This document shows, piece by piece, positions 1 to 8,358 of a stretch of DNA of 64,000 bases. The translations under genes were made by a program, and so were the position numbers. Position 1 is the first letter of the stretch. Every line of letters begins with the position of its first letter. Where the stretch lies: contig CAYTAH010000002.1 in NCBI GenBank assembly GCA_964435785.1, forward strand, positions 11,438 through 75,437, read 5' to 3'. Below the pieces are notes generated by a model. That model made no database searches. It had not been told where the DNA came from and worked only from the letters and a program-made list of their open reading frames with translations. The DNA is from an uncultured Phycisphaeraceae bacterium. Its GTDB lineage: Bacteria; Planctomycetota; Phycisphaerae; Phycisphaerales; UBA1924.

Positions 1-55
1 ACGGCGGCAGCACACACGAACGCCCAGGCGGTAGGGCGCCGGACGTACAGTCTCT

Positions 56-1009
56 GTGCGCTTGGCCGGGCATCTCCATCTCATCCCCGTGTTCAGCCTC
101 GCCGCCGAGACGGCCCCGGTCGGGGCGACGTGGCTCGCGCCGGCCATGATCGGCTTCGGCATCGGGATGCTCGTCGCCTCCGCGGCGGCGGCGGCGCTCG
201 CGCGGCGGCACACGCGGCGCTTGCGCGCGGCGGCGGCTCGCGCCAGGCGGGCGGAGCGGCTGGCGGAGCTGGGGTCGATGACTCGCGGGCTCGCGCACGA
301 GATCAAGAACCCGCTCTCGACGATCGGGCTCAACGTGCAGCTTCTCACGGAGGCCGTCGAGGACTCGTCGCTGCCCGAGGAGGAGCGGGCACCGCTCCTG
401 CGGCGGCTGGGGGCGCTGGGGCGCGAGGCCGAGCGGCTGCGGGGCATCCTGACCGACTTCCTCGAGTATGCCGGCGAGCTGCGCCTCGAGCCGCGCGAGG
501 CGGATCTCAACGCCACGATCGACGAGCTGATCGACTTCTTCCTGCCGCAGGCCGAGCAGCAGGGGGTGCGCCTGCGGGCCGACCTGGCGCCGACGGCCGT
601 GCGTGCGTGGTTCGACCCCTCCCACGTGAAGCAGGCGGTGCTGAACCTGATGCTCAACGCGGTGCAGGCGATGGCGCGCCATGACGGGCGGGCGCGCGAG
701 CTGATTCTGCGGACGGGCACCGGGCTTGACGAGGACCGGCGACCGACGGCGGTCCTGCACGTGATCGACACGGGTCCCGGGGTATCCGAAGAGGCGCGCC
801 CCCGGATCTTCGACCCGTACTTTACGACGAAGGCGGGCGGGTCGGGGCTGGGGCTGCCGACCGCGCGGCGCATCATCGAGGCGCACGGCGGGCGCATCGA
901 TCTGCACAGCGAGCCCGGGCGCGGGACCGACTTCATCGTGACGCTCCCGGGCGAGCCCCGCGAAGGCGAACGAGGTCGCGACGGAGCGCGCATTCCTCCC
1001 ACCGACTGA
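56..1009 (+). CDS. sensor histidine kinase (HisKA + HATPase_c)
   Basis: H-box 'LAHEIKNPLSTIGLN'. ATPase boxes 'LNLMLNAVQA', 'DTGPGV' and 'GGSGLGLPTARRIIEAHGG'. Hydrophobic N-terminal segment. The exact start is uncertain. Confidence 0.85.
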   Translation: MRLAGHLHLIPVFSLAAETAPVGATWLAPAMIGFGIGMLVASAAAAALARRHTRRLRAAAARARRAERLAELGSMTRGLAHEIKNPLSTIGLNVQLLTEAVEDSSLPEEERAPLLRRLGALGREAERLRGILTDFLEYAGELRLEPREADLNATIDELIDFFLPQAEQQGVRLRADLAPTAVRAWFDPSHVKQAVLNLMLNAVQAMARHDGRARELILRTGTGLDEDRRPTAVLHVIDTGPGVSEEARPRIFDPYFTTKAGGSGLGLPTARRIIEAHGGRIDLHSEPGRGTDFIVTLPGEPREGERGRDGARIPPTD

Positions 1010-1237
1010 GGCCGAGCACCGCCGCGAGCCTCGCTCTCAAGGGGACGTGCGGTGTGCTCCGCATGGGTCGGGGCGGGTGCGGCTGCTGTGCAGCAAGGCG
1101 GGAAGCGTCGCCGGGGCGGGCGGCGCAGCGGGGCGGCGCGGGGCGCCGGCTCGCGCACGACTCCGGCGCGGGTCCGCTCGCCGATTCGAGCGGCGGCCGC
1201 GCTGGCACCGCGGCGAGGCTCAGACTTTCGCGCGGGC

Positions 1238-2554
1238 CTACATGCGCTCGAACGCGGCGGCGATGCGGGCGGCGGCCTCGGCGAGCTCGGCGCGGGTGTT
1301 GAGGATGTCGGGGCACAGGCGGAGGTAGCCCGGTCGGGCCGGGGCGGGCGTCGAGGCCAGGCGCGTCGGGCCCGCCGCCGCGGCCTGGGGATGGACGAGG
1401 GCGGGACGGGCGTCCACGTTCACGCCCTGCTCGAGGACGCGGGCGCAGAAGCCCTGGAAGTCGTCCGTGGGGACGAGCAGGAATGCGCCGTGCGGCTCGA
1501 TGTCGAGCACGGGCACGCCGCGGGCGGAGAGCTGGTCCTCGAGGAAGGCCTGCTGGGCGAGGCTGTACTCGCGGAGTCGCTCGACGCGTAGGGCGAGGGT
1601 GAGCTCGAGGCCGGCGAGGGCCTGGTAGCTCGTGAGGACCGCGGGCGTCGCTTCGAGCCATGCGTCGCCGCCGGGGGCGAGGTCGGGCTCGTCGGGGCGC
1701 TGGAACTCGAAGACGCCTCGCTTGGCGAACCAGCCGGTGTCGAGGGTGAAGAGCGCGGGCCGCGCGGAGTCGGCCAGATGACGGGCGTGGATGGCGAGCC
1801 ATCCGGCGCCGGGGCCGCCGCGGGTGTACTTGTAGTTGCCGCCGATGGCGAAGTCGGCGTCCAGCGCGTCGAAGTCGAAGGGGATCGCTCCTGCGGCGTG
1901 GTAGGCGTCGAGGACGACGAGCGCGCCGGCGTCGTGCGTCCGCCGGATGATGCGCTCGAGGCCACCGAGCGCCTGGCCGGTGACGAAGTAGACGACGCTG
2001 ATGACCACGAGATCGACGTGCTCGTCGATGGCGTCGCAGACGGCGTCTGGGCTGAAGAGGCCGCGGGTGTCGGGCTCGATCCAGCGCAGCTCGGCGCGCC
2101 CCTTGGCGGCGTACGTCTTGAGGATGTGGTCCACGGAGTCGAATTCGGCGCGTGTGGCGACCACGCGAGGGCGGGGGCCTGGGAGGGCGTTGAGCACGGC
2201 GCGCAGCCCCTGGCCGGCGGAGACGCGCGGGACGACGGCGTCGGGACGGGAGCATCCGATGAGGGCCGCCTGGAGCGCGCGGAAGCGGCGCATGGCGTCC
2301 ATCCACTCGCGCCACGCGTGGTCCATCTGCGAGTACCAGAGGTCCATCGCGTGGCGCACGTCCTCGGCGGCGAGGTCGAGCGGGCGGCCGAGCGAGTGGT
2401 TGGCGAGGTAGATCTCGGATCGCGCGAGCACGCGGGAGAAGAGCGGGTGGACGTGGCGGGCCAGCGCCTCCTCGGTCAGCGGGCCGTCGCCCATCGCGCG
2501 GACCGCTTCGGCGATCCTCGGGCGCACGATCGCTGTCGCGGCGCGGGCCGTCAT
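1238..2554 (-). CDS. kynU: kynureninase
   Basis: The C-terminal 438 aa of ORF 1238..3127 read as a PLP-dependent kynureninase ('[10 protein letters not shown]', '[16 protein letters not shown]'). The ATG at 2554 overlaps the kynA stop (ATGA). Confidence 0.9.
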   Translation of the reverse strand: MTARAATAIVRPRIAEAVRAMGDGPLTEEALARHVHPLFSRVLARSEIYLANHSLGRPLDLAAEDVRHAMDLWYSQMDHAWREWMDAMRRFRALQAALIGCSRPDAVVPRVSAGQGLRAVLNALPGPRPRVVATRAEFDSVDHILKTYAAKGRAELRWIEPDTRGLFSPDAVCDAIDEHVDLVVISVVYFVTGQALGGLERIIRRTHDAGALVVLDAYHAAGAIPFDFDALDADFAIGGNYKYTRGGPGAGWLAIHARHLADSARPALFTLDTGWFAKRGVFEFQRPDEPDLAPGGDAWLEATPAVLTSYQALAGLELTLALRVERLREYSLAQQAFLEDQLSARGVPVLDIEPHGAFLLVPTDDFQGFCARVLEQGVNVDARPALVHPQAAAAGPTRLASTPAPARPGYLRLCPDILNTRAELAEAAARIAAAFERM

Positions 2555-3411
2555 GCGGGGGCTCCGGTTTCGTGGGGCCCGCGGAGCTCGGTGCGCACCT
2601 GCCAGAGCTCCGGGAAGAACTCGAACTCGATGGCGCGGCGGAGGTAGGGCACGCCGGGCGTGCCGCCGGTGCCGGTCTTGAATCCGATGATGCGCTCGAC
2701 GACCTTCATGTGGCGGAAGCGGAAGAGGCCGTACTGCTCGTCGATGTCCACGAGCTTCTCGCACATCTCGTAGGCGTCCCAGTGGTCGCGGGGGTGCTCG
2801 TAGATGCGCTGGAAGACGGCCACCACGCCCGGGTGCGGCTCGCGGGGCTCGGAGAAGTCTCGATCGAGCACCTCGGGCGGGACGGGGAGCCCGCGGCGGG
2901 CGAGGTGCGCCAGGAACTCGTCGTAGAGGCTGGGCGATTCGAGCGCGCGCTCGAGCTCCTCGTGCACCCCCGGCATGTGCCGAAAGACGGCGAGCATCCG
3001 ACGGTCCTTGTTGCCCAGGAGGAACTCGATCATGCGGTACTGGTGCGATTGCAGCCCGCTCGCCGGGCCGAGGACGTGGCGGAACTCGATGTACTCGCTG
3101 GGCGTGAGCGTCGCGAGCACGTCCCACTGGCGCAGGAGCTGGGCCTGGATGTGCTTGACGCGGGCCAGGATCTTGAAGGTGGGCTCGAGCTGGTCCTCGC
3201 GCACCAGGCGCATCGCCGCGCGGAGCTCGTGGATCGCGAGCTTGAACCAGAGCTCGCTGGTCTGGTGCTGGATGATGAAGAGCAACTCGTCGTGGTGGGG
3301 CGGGTCGGAGAGCGGCTGCTGGGCGCTGAGCAGCGTGTCGAGGCGGAGGTATCGCGCGTAGTCGAGGCGCCCGGTGAAGTCGGTCTGGTAGGGTTCTGCG
3401 TGCCGCGTCAT
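2551..3411 (-). CDS. kynA: tryptophan 2,3-dioxygenase
   Basis: '[16 protein letters not shown]...[19 protein letters not shown]' and 'SGLQSHQYR..' are typical of bacterial TDO. The length of 286 aa also fits. Confidence 0.92.
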   Translation of the reverse strand: MTRHAEPYQTDFTGRLDYARYLRLDTLLSAQQPLSDPPHHDELLFIIQHQTSELWFKLAIHELRAAMRLVREDQLEPTFKILARVKHIQAQLLRQWDVLATLTPSEYIEFRHVLGPASGLQSHQYRMIEFLLGNKDRRMLAVFRHMPGVHEELERALESPSLYDEFLAHLARRGLPVPPEVLDRDFSEPREPHPGVVAVFQRIYEHPRDHWDAYEMCEKLVDIDEQYGLFRFRHMKVVERIIGFKTGTGGTPGVPYLRRAIEFEFFPELWQVRTELRGPHETGAPA

Positions 3412-3472
3412 GGGCGCTCCTGTCGGGGTCTCCCTCTCAGGGTACCCGACCCGGGTGCGCCACGCGCCTGCC

Positions 3473-3727
3473 TCAGCGGTTGTCGGCGAGATCGCCCGGG
3501 CCGGAGAGCGGCACGAAGGTCAGCGAGGTCTGCCACGCGGCGTTTTCGGAGCCGGGGCCCACGGCGATGATCGAGCCGTCTCCCGTCGAGGCGATATGGG
3601 TGATGCTCCGCGAGGCGTAGTAGTCGGCCCGCGCCGAGCCGGTCGTGCACCCGCCGGCGGCCATCCCGCAGATGCCGGCGAGGAGCAGCCCCCAGCCGGC
3701 GGGTTTTGAGAGTCGAGCGGTCGCCAT
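3473..3727 (-). CDS. small putative lipoprotein (84 aa)
   Basis: An internal ATG gives '[27 protein letters not shown]', a signal peptide plus a lipobox-like Cys. No family recognised. Confidence 0.45.
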   Translation of the reverse strand: MATARLSKPAGWGLLLAGICGMAAGGCTTGSARADYYASRSITHIASTGDGSIIAVGPGSENAAWQTSLTFVPLSGPGDLADNR

Positions 3728-4013
3728 TCGGAGGATCCTGGGTCCCCGGGGGTTGCGAGCGTGGTCCTGCGTACCACCACGATCGAATACGCGCATGGGA
3801 AAGGCGTCCCTTCCGGGCGGGGCCCGTCTCGCGAGGGCCCGCGCCGGGCCGCTCTGTGTCGATGGGCGCGGTTGTGCCGAGCCCGGCTCGTGTTATGGGA
3901 GTCGCCCGACGGGCGAGGGGTCAGGCCCCGTCCGGCGCGGCGACTTCCCTACCATGCCGCGAGCGGCTCCGGCTGTCGTCGCCGCCCCTGCGATCCAGTG
4001 CCGAGAACGAACC

Positions 4014-4877
4014 ATGAAAGTCGCCTTCAGCACCGTTGCTTGCCCCGATTGGACGCTCGACCGGGTCATGAGTTTCGCCGACGAGGTGGAATATGACGGC
4101 GTCGAGCTGCGCACGTTCGGCTGGGGCAGCACGGGACTTGCCTGCGATCCGGCGCTGACCGACGGCGAGAAGGTGCGGCGGTTGGCGCTCGAGTCCGGCA
4201 CGCACGTGATGTGCCTGGGCACGAGCGTGAAGTTCGACGATCCGATCCGGCCGCCGGTGCTGGGCCGGGCGCTTCGCGCCGGGGAGCCCTCCCTGGAGGC
4301 CGGGAAGCGGTTCCTGCAGCTCGCCGACGAGCTCGAGTGCCCGTGCATCCGCGTGTTCGGGTTCGAGGGGCCGGGCGGCGAGAGCCGGGCGCGCACGCAC
4401 GACCGCGTGGTCGTGCGGCTGAGGTCGCTCCTGGACGCGGCGCGGTCGCGCCGCATCCGGGTGGTGCTCGAGAACGGCGGCTCTTTCGGGCGCGCGTCGG
4501 ACCTCGCGGAGGTTATCCGCGAATGCGGGAGCCAGTGGCTCGGCGCGGCGTACAACATCGCCGTGGGCGTTTCGGCGGGGGATCGCGTGGAGGACGCGAT
4601 CGATCTCCTGGGGGACCGGCTGTGGACGGTCAAGCTCAAGGACCTGCGCGGGACGAAGCCCGTCGAGATCGGGCAAGGGGAGACGCCGCTGCGCCCCGCC
4701 GTGGAGCACCTCGAGCGCAACGCGTACGAGGGGTGGCTGGTCGTCGAGTGGATGAAGTACTGGGTGCCCGAGATCGCCGAGCCGGAGGGGGTTCTGCGGC
4801 GTGCGGTGGGCACGCTCCAGGAGTGGATCGTCGGCTCCCGCGGGCGTGCCGGCGCGCGGACGGCCGGCTCGGTCTAG
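4014..4877 (+). CDS. sugar phosphate isomerase/epimerase (xylose-isomerase-like TIM barrel)
   Basis: 'MKVAFSTVACPDW..', 'YDGVELR' and 'VVLENGG' follow the AP-endonuclease-2/TIM barrel pattern. The N-terminal 123 codons of ORF 3645..4877 are Arg/Pro-rich junk. Confidence 0.75.
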   Translation: MKVAFSTVACPDWTLDRVMSFADEVEYDGVELRTFGWGSTGLACDPALTDGEKVRRLALESGTHVMCLGTSVKFDDPIRPPVLGRALRAGEPSLEAGKRFLQLADELECPCIRVFGFEGPGGESRARTHDRVVVRLRSLLDAARSRRIRVVLENGGSFGRASDLAEVIRECGSQWLGAAYNIAVGVSAGDRVEDAIDLLGDRLWTVKLKDLRGTKPVEIGQGETPLRPAVEHLERNAYEGWLVVEWMKYWVPEIAEPEGVLRRAVGTLQEWIVGSRGRAGARTAGSV

Positions 4878-4898
4878 CGGCAGCGTCGGGAGCATCGC

Positions 4899-6041
4899 GT
4901 GGGTGAGACGGCGGCCGAGCGAGCCTCCGAGATCGTCGGCATGTGCGAGGGAGCGGGTTTCGCGCTGGCCGGGGCGGCGAGGCTGGAACCGAGCGCCCAC
5001 GCGCGCGAGCTGCGGGAGTGGCTGGGCGGCGGCAAGCACGGCGAGATGGGGTGGCTCGCCGAAACTGTCGAGGAACGGCTCGATCCGACGCGCCTGCTCT
5101 CGGGCGCCGCGTCGGTCGTGATGGTGGCGGACTTCTACGCGCCGCGCGGCGCGCCCTCGGACGCGGTTCGGCCGGACGGCGGGCGGATCGCGCGCTACGC
5201 GCGCGGGCGCGACTACCACGACGTGCTCAAGCGGCGCATCCAGCGTGTCTGCGACCGGGTCCGCACCCGGTGGCCGGGCGCCGCGACCCGTGCCTTCACC
5301 GACACCGCACCGGTCCTCGAGCGCGAGCTGGCGGCTCTCTGCGGGCTGGGGTGGATCGGCAAGCACACACTGCTCATCAGCCCGGTGCACGGGAGCTGGA
5401 TGCTGCTCGGCGGCTTTCTGACGACGCTGGACCTCGAGGCGCCACCGACGCAGGGCGCGGTCTCCGATCACTGCGGCACCTGCACCAGATGCATCGAAGC
5501 CTGTCCGACTGCCGCGATCACGCCCTACAGCGTGGACGCGCGCCGCTGCATCAGTTATCTCACGATCGAGCACCAGGGGCCGATCGAGCCGTCGCTCGGT
5601 GCGAGCCTCGGCGGCTGGCTGGTTGGGTGCGACATCTGCCAGGAGGTCTGCCCGCACAACTCGCCCCGTTCCGGAGGCGCCGGGGGCGTGGCGGTACGGG
5701 ATGAGTACGCCGCGCGGCGCAGCGGCTTCGACCTGCTCGAGGTGCTGGGATGGGACGAGGCGACCAGGCGTGGGAGGTTCGCCACCAGCGCGATGAAGCG
5801 CGTGACGCTCGCGCAGGCGAAGCGGAACGCGGTTCTGCTGGCCGGCCGGATGCTCCACGACGCGGGCGCGTCGGCGGAGCCAGCGCGCGGGGTTGGGAAC
5901 TCCTGGGATTCGCTCCGACATGCTCTGGCGCACAGGCTGATTGACGTGGCCTGGGACGCCAACGAGCCCGAGCCGGTGCGTGAGGCCGCGCGCGGCGTGC
6001 TTGCGGGTCTCACCCCCTCCGCACCGCGAGCCGCGCCGTGA
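4899..6041 (+). CDS. queG: epoxyqueuosine reductase
   Basis: Two 4Fe-4S motifs, 'CGTCTRCIEACP' and 'CDICQEVCPHN', plus 'CISYLTIE'. HEAT-like C-terminal part. Confidence 0.9.
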   Translation: MGETAAERASEIVGMCEGAGFALAGAARLEPSAHARELREWLGGGKHGEMGWLAETVEERLDPTRLLSGAASVVMVADFYAPRGAPSDAVRPDGGRIARYARGRDYHDVLKRRIQRVCDRVRTRWPGAATRAFTDTAPVLERELAALCGLGWIGKHTLLISPVHGSWMLLGGFLTTLDLEAPPTQGAVSDHCGTCTRCIEACPTAAITPYSVDARRCISYLTIEHQGPIEPSLGASLGGWLVGCDICQEVCPHNSPRSGGAGGVAVRDEYAARRSGFDLLEVLGWDEATRRGRFATSAMKRVTLAQAKRNAVLLAGRMLHDAGASAEPARGVGNSWDSLRHALAHRLIDVAWDANEPEPVREAARGVLAGLTPSAPRAAP

Positions 6042-7185
6042 GCACGATGAGCAGCCCGGGCGCCAGGTACAGCTCCTCGAGGTAGACGAATCCCATCAGG
6101 AAGAGCGGCGCCGCGATCCCGATCGCGGCGCACCAGACGAGGAGCTTGCGCCGGCCGCGCTCGCCCGCCAGGCCCGAGTGTCCGTCGGGCGTGGGGATCA
6201 TGCACAGCCAGACGTAGGCGGGGAACACCAGGCCGTAGAAGGCCATGAAGAGGCGGTAGTAGAGCTCGGGCTCCAGCGGGTGGGGGAGGAAGCTCGCCAG
6301 CTCGGGCCAGTCGAGAAAGAAGGGGACGATGAGGAGAACGACGGCCCCGATCGCCGTCGCGAAGAGGACGGGCCGGCTGCGTGGGCGCGTGCGAAGCAGC
6401 TCGCGCGAGTGGACGAGGATCGTGAAGGCGAGCTGCCCGCCGATATGGAAGAAGACGACGCCGCGGGCCGTGCCGCGGTGCTCGATGCCGGCGCTCTCCC
6501 TCAAGACGCGGATGTCGCCCCCGTAGCCGAGGGTGAAGAGGATCATGACGAGGAAGAATGCGCCGAAGCCGATGGTGAAGGCCGCCCGCCGTCCCGAGTC
6601 GTGGAGCGACTCGGCGGCGCGGAGGAACGTGGGGTCGAGGTAGGGGCAGAGCGCGAAGCCGAAGGCGCAGACCGGGGCGAGCCAGAGGAGGTCGATGGGC
6701 GGCTCGCGCTGCGTGGGCGGCGCGATCGAGCCCGCGCTCCAGGCGACGACGATGCAGATCGCCGAGAGCGCCCAGGCCGTCAGCGCCAGCCACCGCGCCC
6801 GGCCGGCCACGGGGATCAGCACGGCCGCGATCGCGATGACGAGTAGCGCGCCCAGGCCGGCCTGAAAGTACCCCGTCCAGCTCAGGACGATCCCGAGGAA
6901 GTACGCCTGGAACAGGATGGTCACCACGGCGAACGCCCGGACGGCCGCGCCGTGCCGCTCGAGCAGGGCCCGCGGCTCGTGGCGTCCGGTGAGCACCCAG
7001 CCCATGGCCGCGGCGCCGACGACGTTGGGGATCGCGAAGACCGCGAACCCCCACGGCCCGTAGTCCCTGACGAGGAGCGCCGGCAGGAACATGCCGATGC
7101 ACCACGTCCACGAGCAGGCCAGGTAGAAGGCCCAGCCGAGGACGGTCCACGCCGAGGCCGGCTTCTCGCGGGGAGGGTGGCTCAT
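6010..7185 (-). CDS. polytopic membrane protein, unknown family
   Basis: About 10-12 hydrophobic helices across 391 aa. High GC3 in this frame. Converges on and overlaps the queG 3' end by 32 nt. Confidence 0.6.
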   Translation of the reverse strand: MSHPPREKPASAWTVLGWAFYLACSWTWCIGMFLPALLVRDYGPWGFAVFAIPNVVGAAAMGWVLTGRHEPRALLERHGAAVRAFAVVTILFQAYFLGIVLSWTGYFQAGLGALLVIAIAAVLIPVAGRARWLALTAWALSAICIVVAWSAGSIAPPTQREPPIDLLWLAPVCAFGFALCPYLDPTFLRAAESLHDSGRRAAFTIGFGAFFLVMILFTLGYGGDIRVLRESAGIEHRGTARGVVFFHIGGQLAFTILVHSRELLRTRPRSRPVLFATAIGAVVLLIVPFFLDWPELASFLPHPLEPELYYRLFMAFYGLVFPAYVWLCMIPTPDGHSGLAGERGRRKLLVWCAAIGIAAPLFLMGFVYLEELYLAPGLLIVLTARLAVRRG

Positions 7186-7321
7186 GAGCCCGTCACTCTA
7201 GGAAAACGCGGCGTCTGCCGCGAATCGGCTTGCTGGGTGCGCCCCGGCGTGTCATCCTCACGGGAGGCCGCGGGACTGTTGCCCGGCAGTGGCGTTGAAG
7301 GACGGGGTGGAGTTGCGGATC

Positions 7322-8179
7322 ATGCGGATCATCATCGCGGGTGGGCTGGCGGTCGCCGTGGTCGGGCCGGCGCCGGAGGCCCGCGCCGACTACACCCACA
7401 ACATCATGCTCACCGGCTACTGGCCGCCGACGGCGAGCATGGTCGAGCGTTTCAGCACCGACCCCGATCTCAACCCCGGGGGCTGGGTCGGCGGCAACTG
7501 GGAAGGGCGGGGGTACGACATCTACTCGTTCTTCCCCGCGTTCGTGGACGACGGCGACAACGACTGGGGGCAGGGATCGGGCGACTTCGAGGTGGATTAT
7601 CAGGACACGTCCGCGGACTGGGCGCGGATCACGCAGGAGATCCGTCCCGCGGCGATCATCACGTTCAGCCGCGGCGGGCGGGGGAGCAATTGGGAGATCG
7701 AGAGCCACCACCGGCTGCGTGCGCCGGAGCAGTGGGCGCCGGACTACACCGATCCGTTCCAGCCGAGCCTCGACATGCCCATCTACCAGTCGCTCGAGAT
7801 CGGCGCGGAGCTGTACAGCACGCTGCCGATGGAGGAGATCCGCGACGCCGTCGCCGACGCGGGGGTGGTGAACAACGCGTACATCGATTGGAACGGCACC
7901 GGGGGGAACTACCTCTCCGAGTTCATCGGGCTGCACGGGGTGTGGTACAACTCGCTCAACGACTCCCAGGGCGCTGATTGGCGGAACTTCGCGGCCGGGC
8001 ACATCCACGTCGGGATGCAGACGCCGCTGGACGGCGCGATCGCCGCGACGGAGATCACGCTGCGCGAACTGACGGCGTATCTCGACACGGTAATCCCGGC
8101 GCCGGGGGCACTGGCGCTGAGCGGTCCCGTGATGGCTCTGCTGGCGGCACGACGGCGACGCGGACCGGGAAGCCGATAG
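7322..8179 (+). CDS. peptidase C15 (pyroglutamyl-peptidase)-like fold protein with PEP-CTERM tail
   Basis: Signal peptide 'MRIIIAGGLAVAVVGPAPEARA'. 'MLTGYWPP', 'ITFSRGG..WEIE' and 'AGHIHVG' resemble the Pcp layout. The C-terminal 'VIPAPGALALSGPVMALLAARRRR' reads as a PEP-CTERM sorting signal. Confidence 0.55.
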   Translation: MRIIIAGGLAVAVVGPAPEARADYTHNIMLTGYWPPTASMVERFSTDPDLNPGGWVGGNWEGRGYDIYSFFPAFVDDGDNDWGQGSGDFEVDYQDTSADWARITQEIRPAAIITFSRGGRGSNWEIESHHRLRAPEQWAPDYTDPFQPSLDMPIYQSLEIGAELYSTLPMEEIRDAVADAGVVNNAYIDWNGTGGNYLSEFIGLHGVWYNSLNDSQGADWRNFAAGHIHVGMQTPLDGAIAATEITLRELTAYLDTVIPAPGALALSGPVMALLAARRRRGPGSR

Positions 8180-8358
8180 TCTCGGAGCCAGTTCGCATTG
8201 ACCTTGGTGCACGAGGACCACACGTGTGCTGCGTCGGTGCTCATGCTGTGCATCCGCACCGCGATGGACCCGTATAAGAGAGAGACGTGTCCGATGGCTC
8301 GCCCGAGCCGTCGAGGCCGATGGCGTCGGCAGAGGCGCCCGGGAGTCCCCGCGCGGCC

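Noticed and set aside
1010-1237. Cluster of small ORFs (1047..1328, 1052..1591, 1054..1302) in the convergent gap between the kinase and kynU.
   Set aside because: They are mutually overlapping Arg/Gly/Ala-rich frames with no RBS, and they partly overlap the kynU 3' end.
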